A DNA stretch of 64,000 nt, from assembly GCF_000002075.1 (NCBI RefSeq), contig NW_004797318.1, positions 459,127-523,126 of the forward strand, written 5' to 3'. Position numbers and translations under genes: made by a program. This DNA comes from Aplysia californica. Lineage: Eukaryota. The stretch's first letter is position 1; each line of letters starts with the position of its first letter. Below the pieces are notes generated by a model that was not told where the DNA came from, did not search any database, and worked only from the letters and a program-made list of their open reading frames with translations. Shown here one piece after another: positions 23,363 through 35,035 of this stretch.

Positions 23363-24861
23363 ACCCTGAAGTTAGTTTCTGGGATCTTTTCTACCCTGAG
23401 ATCAGGGATGTGGCTGAAAGACAGCACTAAGAAGGAGCCAGGAGTTACGGAGTAGCAGCAGCAAGAGTCAGGTACAAAGCAGATATGTGCCCAGATGCAG
23501 CCAGGGGTTCGGAGTAGAAGGTGAAGAGGAAAGTGGATTACAGAACAGGACTAGAGAACAGGGAAGGGCGTAAAAGGAAAAAAATTTAGTGAAGAAAAAT
23601 TTGTTGTCTCTTGGCAGATTTCTGGGGCCTATTGAATGAAGTGCGAACACCGTATCTCTAGACTCTAGACTAGACCTAGACATAAGGGAGAAGGAAGGCA
23701 GTGCCCTATATGTGCTTCCCAGGAAGTTCAGATTGTTTCAGAATGTTTTTAGGTCTGCTGGGGTAATGATATTGATCATAAAAAGCATAGATCTTGTTGT
23801 TGAGTGGGAACTTGGGCTGTACAAAATCCGATTTAGAGTTGATAGAAGTAAGTTTGATGTATGTTCTGTAGGGATCCCAAAAATGTCACAAGACTGGCTC
23901 TGAACTGGAGTCTTTAACACTTTTAGTACGGTCTGCAAATTTTGTCGCCAGGCCGTAGTATGCTCTCATTATCGCTGGTGACCTAGGTCTCCAACTTGAC
24001 CAGCACACTAAACATAATTAAACAACAAATGAGGCCACTTTGTTGAAGTAAATACCACCCAATAAGTTGCCCTATATGAAAGCTGAATGGTTGATGAAAC
24101 TCTGAATTTTTAAAGCGTATTTTTTTGGCTGTGAACGTTTTTAAAAATTCTTTAAAATTCTATCTTGGTTTCAGCATTCTAAACTGGTGTGGTACTTGAG
24201 GGGTTTCCTCTGTATGAGCCTTCAGTACTGTAAGTGTTAAGAAAACGGAAGAGTTCATCTCAGGAACACATGGTGCAGATCCATAAAGGCTGGCTAAGAT
24301 GAGTTCACAGTCTTGATGCACTGGTGCATTTGGTGTAATGGCTGTGCACTTTGCCTTGCTCACGAAAGAAATTGAATTATTCAATTCTCAAGTGAGAGAT
24401 CTATTTCCATTTGTCTATCCGTGTCTTTCAGATGGGGTGTACTCCACACAACTAATGTTGGTCGTGAATGATGTTAATTATGTCCATTGTGGTTTTAAAC
24501 ATTTACAATCCCTGAATCAGTCAAGAGATTTTCTGGCAAGTTTCAGTTTCTCGTGTTTCTCTTCTATATAATGAATTGTTTCACATTTTTAAATCCTCCA
24601 GTTCCTTAAAATGTTTCATTTGTGGCAGTGGGTAATTGTAAATTCACAATCATTTACAAAAAGAAAGAATTCATGCCTTTTCTGAGAGGTAAAAGGCTTG
24701 TAATCTTTTTTATCCGTTTTAAAAATAATGCTGTGGTGTTGATGAATAAACCAAATGGGTTCCAGGGAAACTGAAACAAGCCAGATGGTGTTTTTGATGA
24801 AATGCACGGCTGTTCTTCACATATCTTCTCTGCTCAGATCAATCTGATTGTCCCTTTTCAG

Positions 24862-24924
24862 ATGGAGCGGTGATGGACATAGAGAGTTGTCTAAAGAATG
24901 GAAATGTCCCTTTCTACGTAGCAG
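24862..24924 (+). CDS. Tudor-Schlafen gene exon 10 (DGAVMDIESCLKNGNVPFYVA)
   Basis: TTTTCAG acceptor, G|GTAAGA donor; phase 1-1. Confidence 0.8.
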
Positions 24925-25373
24925 GTAAGAAAATAAAGTTTGCGCTCTTGTCTTACAACCACTATTAATGAAACTGATGTGTCTCGAAATATATTTCTAA
25001 AAGTTTCGTTGATGTATTCAAGTGTCTATGCCAGCTTTAGATGTTTTGGTGTGAACATGGCTGGTCAATTTTGACACAGTGTCTTTTGCACTCAGTTTGG
25101 AAGTTGGTGCTTCACCAGTATGAGACAGATTGAATTGATTTTATTTCTGGCAAGCAGTCTGTGGTGGTTCTGCTCAACTAGAGTTGTAAGAAGGGTTATA
25201 AATGGATATGTCCTTCTTTTCTTTTTGACTTAATTTTTGTCTTGTCTTTGCCCATAAAGTCCAAGCTTCCAACGGCTTTTTCTGGATTAACTTGACAATT
25301 TTCTTGAACTATTTTCCTTCAGCGACTGGAATAGTAATTATTAATAAATTTTTTTATTGGGTTTCCCTTTGAA

Positions 25374-25568
25374 AATTAATTTATTGTATTTTTTTCTAAG
25401 AATGTAGCTATTGTAACCTTGAGCATGGTTATGTGAATTAATTTATTGTATTTTTTTCTAAGAATGTAGCTATTGTAACCTTGAGCATGGTTATGTGAAT
25501 TAATTTAATGTATTTTTTTCTAAGAATGTAGCTATTGTAATTAACCTTGAGCATGGTTATGTGAATTG
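25374..25568. repeat. Three tandem copies of an approximately 62-bp intronic unit
   Basis: AATTAATTTATTGTATTTTTTTCTAAGAATGTAGCTATTGTAACCTTGAGCATGGTTATGTG three times. Confidence 0.9.
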
Positions 25569-25690
25569 AATATATAGACTCTTTGCAATGTCAAAGTATG
25601 TTTGGTCGCTACACTGCCAGTCCACACCTTCGTGATGTTGTCATCAGCAAAATTTCTCTACGTTATATTTTCCTATTCTCTTTTCTTCAG

Positions 25691-25795
25691 AAAGCTTTGT
25701 GTCGTTCCGGCCTGATGACCGTCATGAGCTGTTCCAGACTGCCCAGCTCAATATGGCCTCATTTGCCACTGTCATCTGTGGGATGCTGAACACAG
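25691..25795 (+). CDS. Tudor-Schlafen gene exon 11 (Schlafen domain start: ESFVSFRPDDRHELF...VICGMLNT)
   Basis: TTCTTCAG acceptor, G|GTATGC donor; ICGMLNT matches the Schlafen (V/I)CAFLN(S/T) motif. Confidence 0.88.
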
Positions 25796-26327
25796 GTATG
25801 CTCTTGTCGGATCACATTAGATAGAATTTTTTTGGTGGTTTTTAGGAAGAAAAATTGAAGTTATCGATCAATGATTTTTTTTTGTTGGTATGTTTTATGC
25901 CATTTTAAATTATTTATCATGATTTTTGTCTATTAGAAAGGATCTGAAGTTTGCATTGTGAAGACTGAGCAAAAGAGCACAGACATTATGGATACTGTCA
26001 CAAAAACACATATACCACTTACAGCATTTTGCGTAAAGTGTAATCCTGACCCAAGGTCATTGTTGTCTGTTGGCTCTTATGTCACGTTATAAAAAGATCT
26101 CAAAATATAGTACTGGTATAGTTTGGGTTAAGATTTGGTGACTCAACAATGATATCTCTTCACTGTTGTTTAAACTGCAATTATCATCAAGGTCTTACCT
26201 TATGTTGTTGTGGGTGTAAAGTAAGTGGTAGGAGGGTGCTACTAGTAGGTTGGGGTTTGTTTTTTTCTTCCCTCTGTCGTTTCTTTGTCTTATCTGTCAT
26301 ACCTTTTCCATTGACTAGGACTGTTAT

Positions 26328-26505
26328 GTGGGTGGTTGGCGGGTGCCCTAGTGTGGTTTGCTCCTTCTTTCCTATCAAATATTTGTTGTCCTTATCTCTC
26401 CTCCTCCTTTTTCATGTTTGTTACTCTCTTGTAACACCTCTAATCGTCGGTACTTGTATGCTCTAATTGTGTTGAAAGTGTGGTAAAACTCTTACTAAAA
26501 CTAAA
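26328..26505 (+). mobile_element. Family C short retroposon copy
   Basis: GTGGGTGGTTGGCGGGTG...GTAAAACTCTTACTAAAACTAAAA. Confidence 0.8.
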
Positions 26506-26661
26506 AAACTTTTTCTTTTCTTTCTCTTTGTTGGTTCCTTTTATCTATTTTACCTTTTCCATGCACAAGAGTTGTTACCATGGTGATTTGCTTCTCTTTA
26601 CGTAAAAGGAACAAAATTAACTCACTCTTATAGTGCAGTCATCTCACCCGTTTGTCTCTAG

Positions 26662-26895
26662 GCCACGAAGGTACCATCTATCTGGGCATTTCGGAGACAG
26701 GCCAGGTGGATGGCGTGGAGCTGTCACATGACTTCCGAGACGATATCAGACTGGGCGTGGACAAGATAATGATGTCACGACTGACACCCACCGTGCTGCA
26801 CTCACAGTTCAAGGTTATCTATGTGCCTGTGGTGAAGTGGGTCGGAGATGATAAAGAGCGACACGTAGCTCGTGTCGCCAACCGCTATGTCGTGG
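26662..26895 (+). CDS. Tudor-Schlafen gene exon 12 (Schlafen/AlbA_2 core GHEGTIYLGISETGQVDGVEL...RYVV)
   Basis: TCTCTAG acceptor, G|GTGAGT donor; GGxhhhGhxDxGxVxG-like signature. Confidence 0.9.
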
Positions 26896-27779
26896 GTGAG
26901 TATCCTCAATGCCTGTTGTTCATGTTGCCCTGTGTATTTGTTTCATTTTCAAATTGTACACTGTGCATGGTGGTATTGTGTTGGTAGTGCTGTGAAATGT
27001 ATGTTCCACCTTTTGGCCATTCTCAAAGGGGGGACATTTCTCGTTCAAGCATAGTAGAATTGTAAATGGGCTGACTCATGTCACGCTCTTAACTGTGCCT
27101 GATCTACAACAGGGAACTTCTGCTTTTTCTTTCCTGATCCTTACTACTGTCATTTTCCTCTACTTCTTTTGTATGTTTGTCACTCTCTTGTGACCTGCTA
27201 TTTTGGGGTGCCTTGATAGTCGAAGCAGACCTTGTGCTGTTGAAGCTACAGAGGTGAGCAGTCTTAAGTCTGATTCCCTGTTAAGACTTCTCTGTTGACA
27301 CCCACCCCTTGGCGCTCATATGACCTTATGCAGTTGCGAGCGCAGTAAAACCCTCTACTATAAAAAAAAAAAAGAAAAGAGCTTCTTTGATAGGTCTTTT
27401 CTTTCTCTCTGGTGTTTGTATCTCTGTCTGTCTTACTTTTTCCCAGCAGTAAATGACCGATATTGCGTCTTCGTTCTTTTTACTTAAAACACTTTGAGGG
27501 TGGGACTAGATGGGGATAGATGTTTCTCTTACTTGGATAAAAAATGGATAGAAGTGTACTTTTTTGATCCAGCAGCCATCTGAGTTCGAGCCCTTCGGCC
27601 TGTAAAAAATATGGAAAGCATCGTGAATTTGCATTTCATCTTTGCTCAAAGCCATGTTAATCTTCCTGGTATTGTTTAATTTTTTGAAGTGCTGCATGTA
27701 CAGTGAAGGATAGATCATGTATGAAAATGCCAAACAAAAGCCTCTCAGTCTTTATCATTGTTTGCATTCTGTCTTACAG

Positions 27780-27877
27780 AGATCTCATTCAAACCCGTGC
27801 CTAAAGTGATTTACTGCTGCAAAGGGGATGAGAGCTACTACCGCACAGGTTCCACCACTATGAAGCTCAGCCAACAG
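27780..27877 (+). CDS. Tudor-Schlafen gene exon 13 (EISFKPVPKVIYCCKGDESYYRTGSTTMKLSQQ)
   Basis: TTACAG acceptor, CAG|GTACTG donor; VVEI...YxRxGSST-like AlbA_2 C-terminal motif. Confidence 0.88.
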
Positions 27878-30349
27878 GTACTGAAAACTGTAGCAAACCA
27901 GGTAGCGATCCTGGGTCTTTTTAAAGATCTTTGTTCTCTCTCAACCTCCTTTTTGTATTGTATTGATTGCTTTAGTGGGGGGGGGGTTGGATTTAGCTTT
28001 GTACTTGCGTCGTTACTTTAAGTTGCTGCTTTTTCTTTCTTCATCCTTACTTTCGTCATTTTGCCTCTTCTTCTTTTGTATGTTTGTCACTCTCTTGTGA
28101 ACTGCTATTTCCGGGGTGCCTTGATAGTCGAAGCAGACTTTGTGCTGTTGAGGCTAGAGAGGTGAGCAGAGTAAGCCTGATTCCCCGTTTCAACTTCTCT
28201 GTTGACATCCACCCCTTGGTGCTCATATGACCTTATGCAGTTGCGAGTGCCGTAAAACCTTACTAAAACTAAAGTTACAGCGTGAGTATATCACTGCTGG
28301 AATCCTCAGCTTTGTCAGGGAAGTCCTAGGTGTATGTTATGGGCATGAGGGGACCATGTCATCTGTTACAATAGACTGCACGTGAATGTGAATGAGATCA
28401 CGTTAGTTTGATTCCTGTGTCGGGAGAAATTTTATCGAGTATCCCGGTCTTTCTGCTAGAACGTTGTATCCCTTTCAGCCCGATTTGGCCCTGGCAGGTA
28501 TAGTAGAAGACTGTTCCTTCTAAATTATCTAAATTGTGTTGATGGGGGTGTAAAAACACCTGCATCAGTTAGCTTGACTGGTGGGTACTCTAACATTGTG
28601 GAGGCAGGAAGGACTGCGTTTGTTAACTTGATCAGCATTTTTACATTATGAACTCTGCTCTAGAAGAGTTAAAATAAACGCTAGTTTTACCGACTGTACA
28701 GTACGAAACAACCTACTCAATAAGACTCACCAGATCAGCAAGAAAGCAAGCCCACCCCAAACGTACATGCGCAATTCCAAATACACTCTTATCTATCTCT
28801 TGTAATGCTTACCATCTTGTCATGGCTGGTGCAGAAGTAAGGGTGATAACAGAAAACGCTTTATACTATAACTAGGTAGGCTAGCCCAAACTTGGTAAAA
28901 TCCCCCATTTTGGGTTAATTTTGACAATTTTTTTGAAAGCATTGTTCTCTTATGTCTGCAAGAACTGCTATGTCCAGTACATGTCAAAGTCATCTTTTTC
29001 CTTTCATGAAATATATCCAGTGGAACTTGGATTCAACAAACTTGAATTCAATGAAAGGGGCTGAATTCCCAGATTTTTTTATTTTCCTAAAAGTCAATAA
29101 AAATAACTTAAATTCAACGAATAGGCTACTATATGAGCAGGCTCGGATTCAATGAAGTCACTTGCAGGCTGAACAGCCCTCGATGACATGGCTTCGCTCA
29201 GTTTTCACACGAAACGACCCTTATCTGTTCTTAGAGACCATCCATGGCACCTGCATCGTGCACAAGGAGTTTAGAACTAATGGAGCCTCCTCTCTCTCTT
29301 CGCGGCGCCACGAGCAGTACGCCGNNNNNNNNNNNNNNNNNNNNNNNNNNNNNNNNNNNNNNNNNNNNNNNNNNNNNNNNNNNNNNNNNNNNNNNNNNNN
29401 NNNNNNNNNNNNNNNNNNNNNNNNCAGGTACTGAAAACTGTAGCAAACCAGGTAGCGATCCTGGGTCTTTTTAAAGATCTTTGTTCTCTCTCAACCTCCT
29501 TTTTGTATTCATCCAGCAAATGAAAATGCCTCTCATTTGAAACCAAAATGCTTTTGATTGAAAAAGTCAAGAACATTGATGGGCCTACATTGTTTGCGTA
29601 GTGCATGTAACTATCTCCACAAAAGCCTCATGTTCAACGAGATTGAAGCTCTGGCTCGATGACTTTGTTGAATCCGAGTTCGTCTGTAGTTTTATGTATT
29701 TGAAGTCGTAAGTTTGTGTGCCCTGTCCATTGAAAAAGATTATATACGTTTGTGCTGGTTTTGCGAGTACAAAACAACTTTTGTGGCACTCTTTGCCTTG
29801 CGCTTTGCATGAAAAGGAGCATATGAATTAGAAACTATTACAAAAAGAAAGTCAAATAAATAAGCTTTACTTTAAGTTTAAGATATCGTTTGTTGTTGCT
29901 TCAAGCCAAACCTAGCTTTGAAAATGCATTTGAAATCTTTCAAGTCCAAAACATCAAGAAAAAAGACAAGGGGCAAATTTATTCAAAAATGGAGCTGAAC
30001 ACAAGGGCTTTTAAAAACCAAACCGGGGATGATTATTTTCGCAAAATGTGAACCATTGCAAAACATGACCATGTTATGGCTTCTGGGCATGGTGCCAACC
30101 ATTGCTAGCAACAGTACATGTACTGGGGGAGAGTTGACTCCTGAGTGTGATGTTCGAGTGAATCCTTACCAAAGTTTTTGAGGCCGTGTCCTTTTGAATG
30201 AAGAATGAAAAGCAAATTTTAGACTTTCAAATATTGACTTTCTTTTTCTCGAGATAAAAATAAAAATTGAGCTTGTTGAAGGTGATACTGGTTTGCATTT
30301 TAGAAAATATTAAGCGTCTGGCTGTATTAGTTTTTGTGTTGTGATGAGT

Positions 30350-30754
30350 TTGTTTTAATAGAGGTTTTACGGCGCTCGCAACTGCATAAGGTCATATGAG
30401 TGCCAAGGGGTGGATGTCAACAGAGAAGTCCTTACTGGGAATCGAACTTACTCTTCGTACCTCTCTAGCATCAACAGCACAAAGTCTGCTTCGACTGTCA
30501 AGGCTCCCCAGAAATAGCAGGTCACAAGAGTGCGACAAACATACGAAAGTAGAGGAAAATGGCGATAATAAGGATTAGGAAAGAAAAAGCTGCAGTTCCC
30601 TGTTGCAATTCAGACACAGTTATGAGCCTGACCTTGATGAATCAGCCCATTTACAATTACAATTCTACTGTGCCTAAGAACTTGAGATGTCAATGCCCTT
30701 TGGGAATGGCCTAAAGTCCCTAAAGACCCTTCAGTCAGTAGCACCGCCGGGGGG
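30350..30754 (-). mobile_element. Family B retroposon, full length
   Basis: 15-bp TSD TGTGTTGTGATGAGT at 30335-30349 and 30755-30769. Confidence 0.88.
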
Positions 30755-31678
30755 TGTGTTGTGATGAGTGAAAAATGACTTTTCGTCTATGTTCACAAGG
30801 TTATAGTTAGGGGAGTGTACCCCCTCCGGGAAAAATGCTGCAACTCGCTTAACTCTGTATCTCCTGGGGGGGGCTAACCCACTACACCAGAGCCCTTTTT
30901 TGGTACTAAATCTAAAATGACGATAACGTCACTCAATGGGTCATTAAAATAATTATATCGAAACTAACGAACCTATTATGATAGCTCTTCATGTAATGAA
31001 TGAACTTCAGGTAAAAGAAACCTGCTTTCGGCAGTTGTCGTAAAGTAATTTGATGTCAGAGTCGCTGAAAAGGAATGTACCCGAGCTGCTGGGAGCTGCT
31101 TATCGGAGATAAAGAGTTAATAATCACCACAGAAGATCTATTTGATATCAATGTAAACAGAAAGAAAACTGTATTTGATAGTGTTAAGAAAGCCAACCTC
31201 TGCTCGTGTAAAAATTTGCATTTGGACTGTGTATCATAACAACAACAAAAATTAATGTTGTTTCCAAGGAAGCATTTTCTTTTATAATATAATAAGGAAG
31301 TTATAATCAAAATTGTATTCTTAAAAACATTGATTTGGGATGTTTTCATTCTTGGTAAAAGCATTCAGTTTTTTTGGCTCTACTCTCCTGTAAAATTGTA
31401 AAAACTGCATGTAATAATAATATGCAGTACTTTTAAAAATGACGGCAGCATGGTCTTGTAGAAGGTCAAGCTTTCTGTGTGTCAACAAGACACTGAAGAA
31501 TATTACTAGCGCTTACTTGCTCATGGTAGCTTTTTATAGCGTAAAGTGGTCCGTTTTCAGTAACCTCAGCTTTCAGTTCATAACCCACCCGAGATATAGC
31601 TTCAATATCTAAATATGTATACTGTACATACACATGTTTTTGGTTCTGTGAAGTAATTGCTGGTTGTTTCCCTTCCAG

Positions 31679-31786
31679 GATGTCCGTCACATGATCGTCA
31701 TTGAGGAGGAGGCTTGGCACAGGGACCAGATTATTTCTCTTCAAAAACAGCTCAAGGAACTCAAAGATATTGATGATAGACTTTAA
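31679..31786 (+). CDS. Tudor-Schlafen gene exon 14, terminal (DVRHMIVIEEEAWHRDQIISLQKQLKELKDIDDRL*)
   Basis: CCTTCCAG acceptor, phase 0, heptad coiled-coil pattern, TAA at 31784-31786. Confidence 0.82.
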   Translation, partial: DVRHMIVIEEEAWHRDQIISLQKQLKELKDIDDRL

Positions 31787-32829
31787 CCCCCTCCCTGCCG
31801 GGCTCAGCGGGCCAAGAAGTGCTTCCCCTGTGCCATGTGCCTGCTGATTCGGTGGCCTGTGATAAAGTCATTTTTAGTAGGTACCCCAAAACCCCGCCTC
31901 TGCGCAGTTGAAAGTGTGTAGGAAGCTCGAAATTTTATCATTTTTAATCGACCATAACTCATCTCCTTTGACACTAATCGTCACCCCGTTTCAAACTATG
32001 TCAGTTCAACTATTGTTTTTACCTGAAGTCAAAACTATTATGGACGACACATAGCGAAATATTGTAAAGTAAGCTCTCTAAAAAGGTTACCGAGATGTTC
32101 AGTAATGTGTTTTTCGCAGCCATTTTAATGCCGGCTACGGTGACAAAAATCGAGGGTGCTTCATGTTATTTTCTGGTCACATGACTTTTTCCTTCTATCT
32201 ATGATTCCGTAATGGCGACCTCTTTTTTTAAAGATCATAGCAAGCTTCATGAACTCGTCTGTGAAGGGGGTGCAGCTGGCGTTTGTTCATGGATGATGAA
32301 TGAATATAATATTCTTGAATATTGTGAACATCAGACAAAATGTTTGATGACTAATTCATTTAAGTGGGTTTTTTTCCCCAATATGTCTTTAAACTCATCT
32401 ATTATAAGACAAGCACCTGCACCAGTTGAATTATTTTTTTATACATAACTTTTTGAGGCCGGTTTACTGTTGAAAATGGACTCTCCTACTCGAGAGCTTC
32501 ATTCATCATAGTTCGGGATTATCAAATAAGTCGGTGCCTTTAGAATTGCTAGATGTATTCCTGAATAGAACCATTTTTTTTTTTTTAGATTAATGAGCCA
32601 TGGCCCTTTGAACTTTGTGGCAAATCTAACTTGTTTCTCCCCCACTCTCTTATTGAGGTTGCCATGTTCACATGGAGGACAAATATATATAATGATGAAC
32701 TCAATGATCTTTGATGAGAGTCAAGTGGTGGGCGGAAGTCATCTCAACAATAATAAAGAATCATTAAGATTCCAACAAAAAGAGTGTACTAGTGTAATCA
32801 AGAGAAATAACTAAGAATAATCATACAAA

Positions 32830-34130
32830 TAATCAGGTGTATTCTGATTGTTAGTTTCAGGCGTTTCATTTTCAACTACTCTTTCTTTTGTTTTAACTTC
32901 ATCTTTGCCAAAGACTTGGTCGTCTGAAGGCAGTACAACATAGTTAGGTTCTTCAAGTGAATGTTGGTTCTTTAGAAACTTTACACATCTAACTTTCTTT
33001 ACAAGTTGATTTTCTGGGAAGTAAACAAAGTAAGAAGGAAATGCAAAACAGGCTTTGCCAAATGTCTCCATGTTTGCAATGTTGGGCTTTTTCCCAGTCA
33101 TGCTTTGGAAAGGGGTACAATCAATGTTTTTGTGATAGCACCTGTTTCAGATGTATGCTGAGGCCAAAGTTGCATACGTCCAAAGGTTTTTGGGAAGCCC
33201 AGATTGCAAAAGAAGGCATCTTGACATATCAAAAAGGCTTCGCCATGCTCTCCCCGCCTTTCCATTCTGGTGAGGAGAGTATGGTGCAGTCAGTTCATGT
33301 TTTGTTTTGTTTAAATTAAGAAGAGCACTAAATTCTTTTGAAATAAATTCCCCCCCTTGATCACTCCTAACAATTTTCACATTCCCTTAGGGAGAAATGT
33401 CAGCAAGATATTGCTTGAAAGCTTTGACAGCATCACATTTCTGCTGTATGAAATACACAGACGTTAGATTGGTGAATTTGTCCACACAAGCAAGAGAATA
33501 CCTCATGCCATTGATGTCAGGTGGATCAACGGGTCCTGCTAGGTCAATGTGAACAATATCTAGCAGTCCTCGAGCAGAAAAGTCTGGTTTCCGACTGCGG
33601 ATGTCTGGCATTTTGCCTAAAGCTCACACTTAACAATCGAAATCGGGACTGTCGGTAATAATAATTCCCTCTGCTTTGGCTTCCAACTTCAGGATATTAC
33701 AGTGTCCCAAAATAATATGCCACTCCTTCAGGCTGTGACGGGATGTTTTCGTGTCTGACGAAGAATTGAGGAAATATAACTTTCCATCTTTATGAATATT
33801 AAATGTCGTTCCGTGTGAATGGAGTTTAGTACAATGCTGTTTGAATTGGACTGATGCTCCTTTCTCAGTTGCTGCGCGCACAGAGAAGATATTTTGGGCG
33901 AAAGAAGGGACGAAGAGAGCGTTTGTGAGCGTTACATTGCGTCGTCGTCCTGTGTTGTCCGTAAGCGAAATATTTGCGTTGCCCTGTCCCATTGCAACAT
34001 TTGCACATCTGGTGCCATCAGCCAGCTCTATGATGTGCTTAGCGGGGTCAAATTGATTTTGAAAGCGGACGAATCTGGCTTTGTCGTTCACAACATGGAC
34101 GGTTGCACAGCTGTCTACCAGGAAGGAGTC
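32830..34130 (-). pseudogene. Copia protease + GAG-pre-integrase + integrase, disrupted
   Basis: FLVDSCATVHV (DSG mutated), WHIILGHCN, VHIDLAGP, RSDQGGEF, APYSPHQNGKAGR (catalytic E appears lost); several stops and frameshifts. Confidence 0.9.
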
Positions 34131-34153
34131 GGTTTTATGACGACTGGATGGGT

Positions 34154-35035
34154 TTAACTTGGTATGTGACAGATCGTTGAAGGTGAAGACATATTGGTCG
34201 TCCCGATTGTTGCCGCAGAGGTCGTCCGTTTCTGCAACCTTGAGTTTGGATATCTTTCTGCAGAACTTGGTATCATGTGTGTTACTCCTGCAATGATCAC
34301 ACCATCTGCCTCTTTTGGGTCCTTTGCTGGATTTCGTCTGCAGTACTCTGTGTCATGGTTGTTCCTTCTGCAGTTATAACACCAACGTTTAGGTCTGGAT
34401 TCTGCAGAGCTCGCATTTGTCATCATGACAGAAGTTGGTTTTGGTGGCAGAGGCTTGATCTTTTCGTTGTCTTCATAGTTCCTGAGGGCTATCTTAAATT
34501 CCGAAAAGGTAATTGGTTTGTCACGTTGAGTAACCACTGTGGTGAAGGGTTTGTATGATTGGGGTAATCCCTTTATCACCATTGCTACGAGGAGACTATC
34601 TTGGATGGTTTCACCGGCAGTTTTTAGTGATGCTGCGGCTGTCTCGGCCCTGATAATATAGTCTGTGATAGACTCTGAGGTTGACTTGACCAATGACGTA
34701 AGTTCTGTACAGAGGGTTATAATCCTCGGTTTGCCTTTTGGCAAGTAGTGCTGTCTCAGTATTTTTAAGGCAGCTCGGCCATCGTTCCTCGCATCCCTGA
34801 TTATTAAAGACAGAGATCTGTCGTCAAGAACTTGGACTAATTCTGCTAAGACCTCTTCATTTTTCATGGAATCTATTGCAGCTTCATTCTCATCTAGATC
34901 TTTTAAAACATCGTCTAGACCTCTAATTTTCATAAAGCCTAGGAATTTTATCTCCCATAGCTCGTACTTCCTTTCATCTCCACTGAACTGGTTACGTTGT
35001 CTGGGCCCATAACCTATTGAAGTTGCCATGTTCAC
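34154..35035 (-). pseudogene. Copia gag (gag_2-like with CCHC knuckle CYNCRRNNHDTEYC), frameshifted at the 3' end
   Basis: ORF GYGP...FSGDERKYELWEIKFLG...DGRAALKILRQHY...ESITDYIIRAE. Confidence 0.9.

Larger units (their letters stand above)
617..31786 (+). other. Gene model: ARM-like repeat / extended Tudor / Schlafen(AlbA_2)-domain protein, 14 coding exons, 876 aa; join(617-644,5442-6656,9475-9544,9980-10161,10642-10766,11723-11807,16830-16968,18427-18532,20446-20518,24862-24924,25691-25795,26662-26895,27780-27877,31679-31786)
   Basis: All 13 introns are GT-AG with matching phases (1,1,2,1,0,1,2,0,1,1,1,1,0). The joined CDS is 2631 nt and open from ATG to TAA. Tudor-like (VFRARV...VFGVDSG) and Schlafen-like (ICGMLNTGHEGTIYLGISETGQVDG...YYRTGSTT) motifs were recognised by eye. 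Confidence 0.85.

Noticed and set aside
31783-31810. TTAA-CCCC at the stop codon as a piggyBac left end altering the C-terminus
   Set aside because: No matching right TIR found, and a TTAA insertion would leave the TAA stop unchanged.
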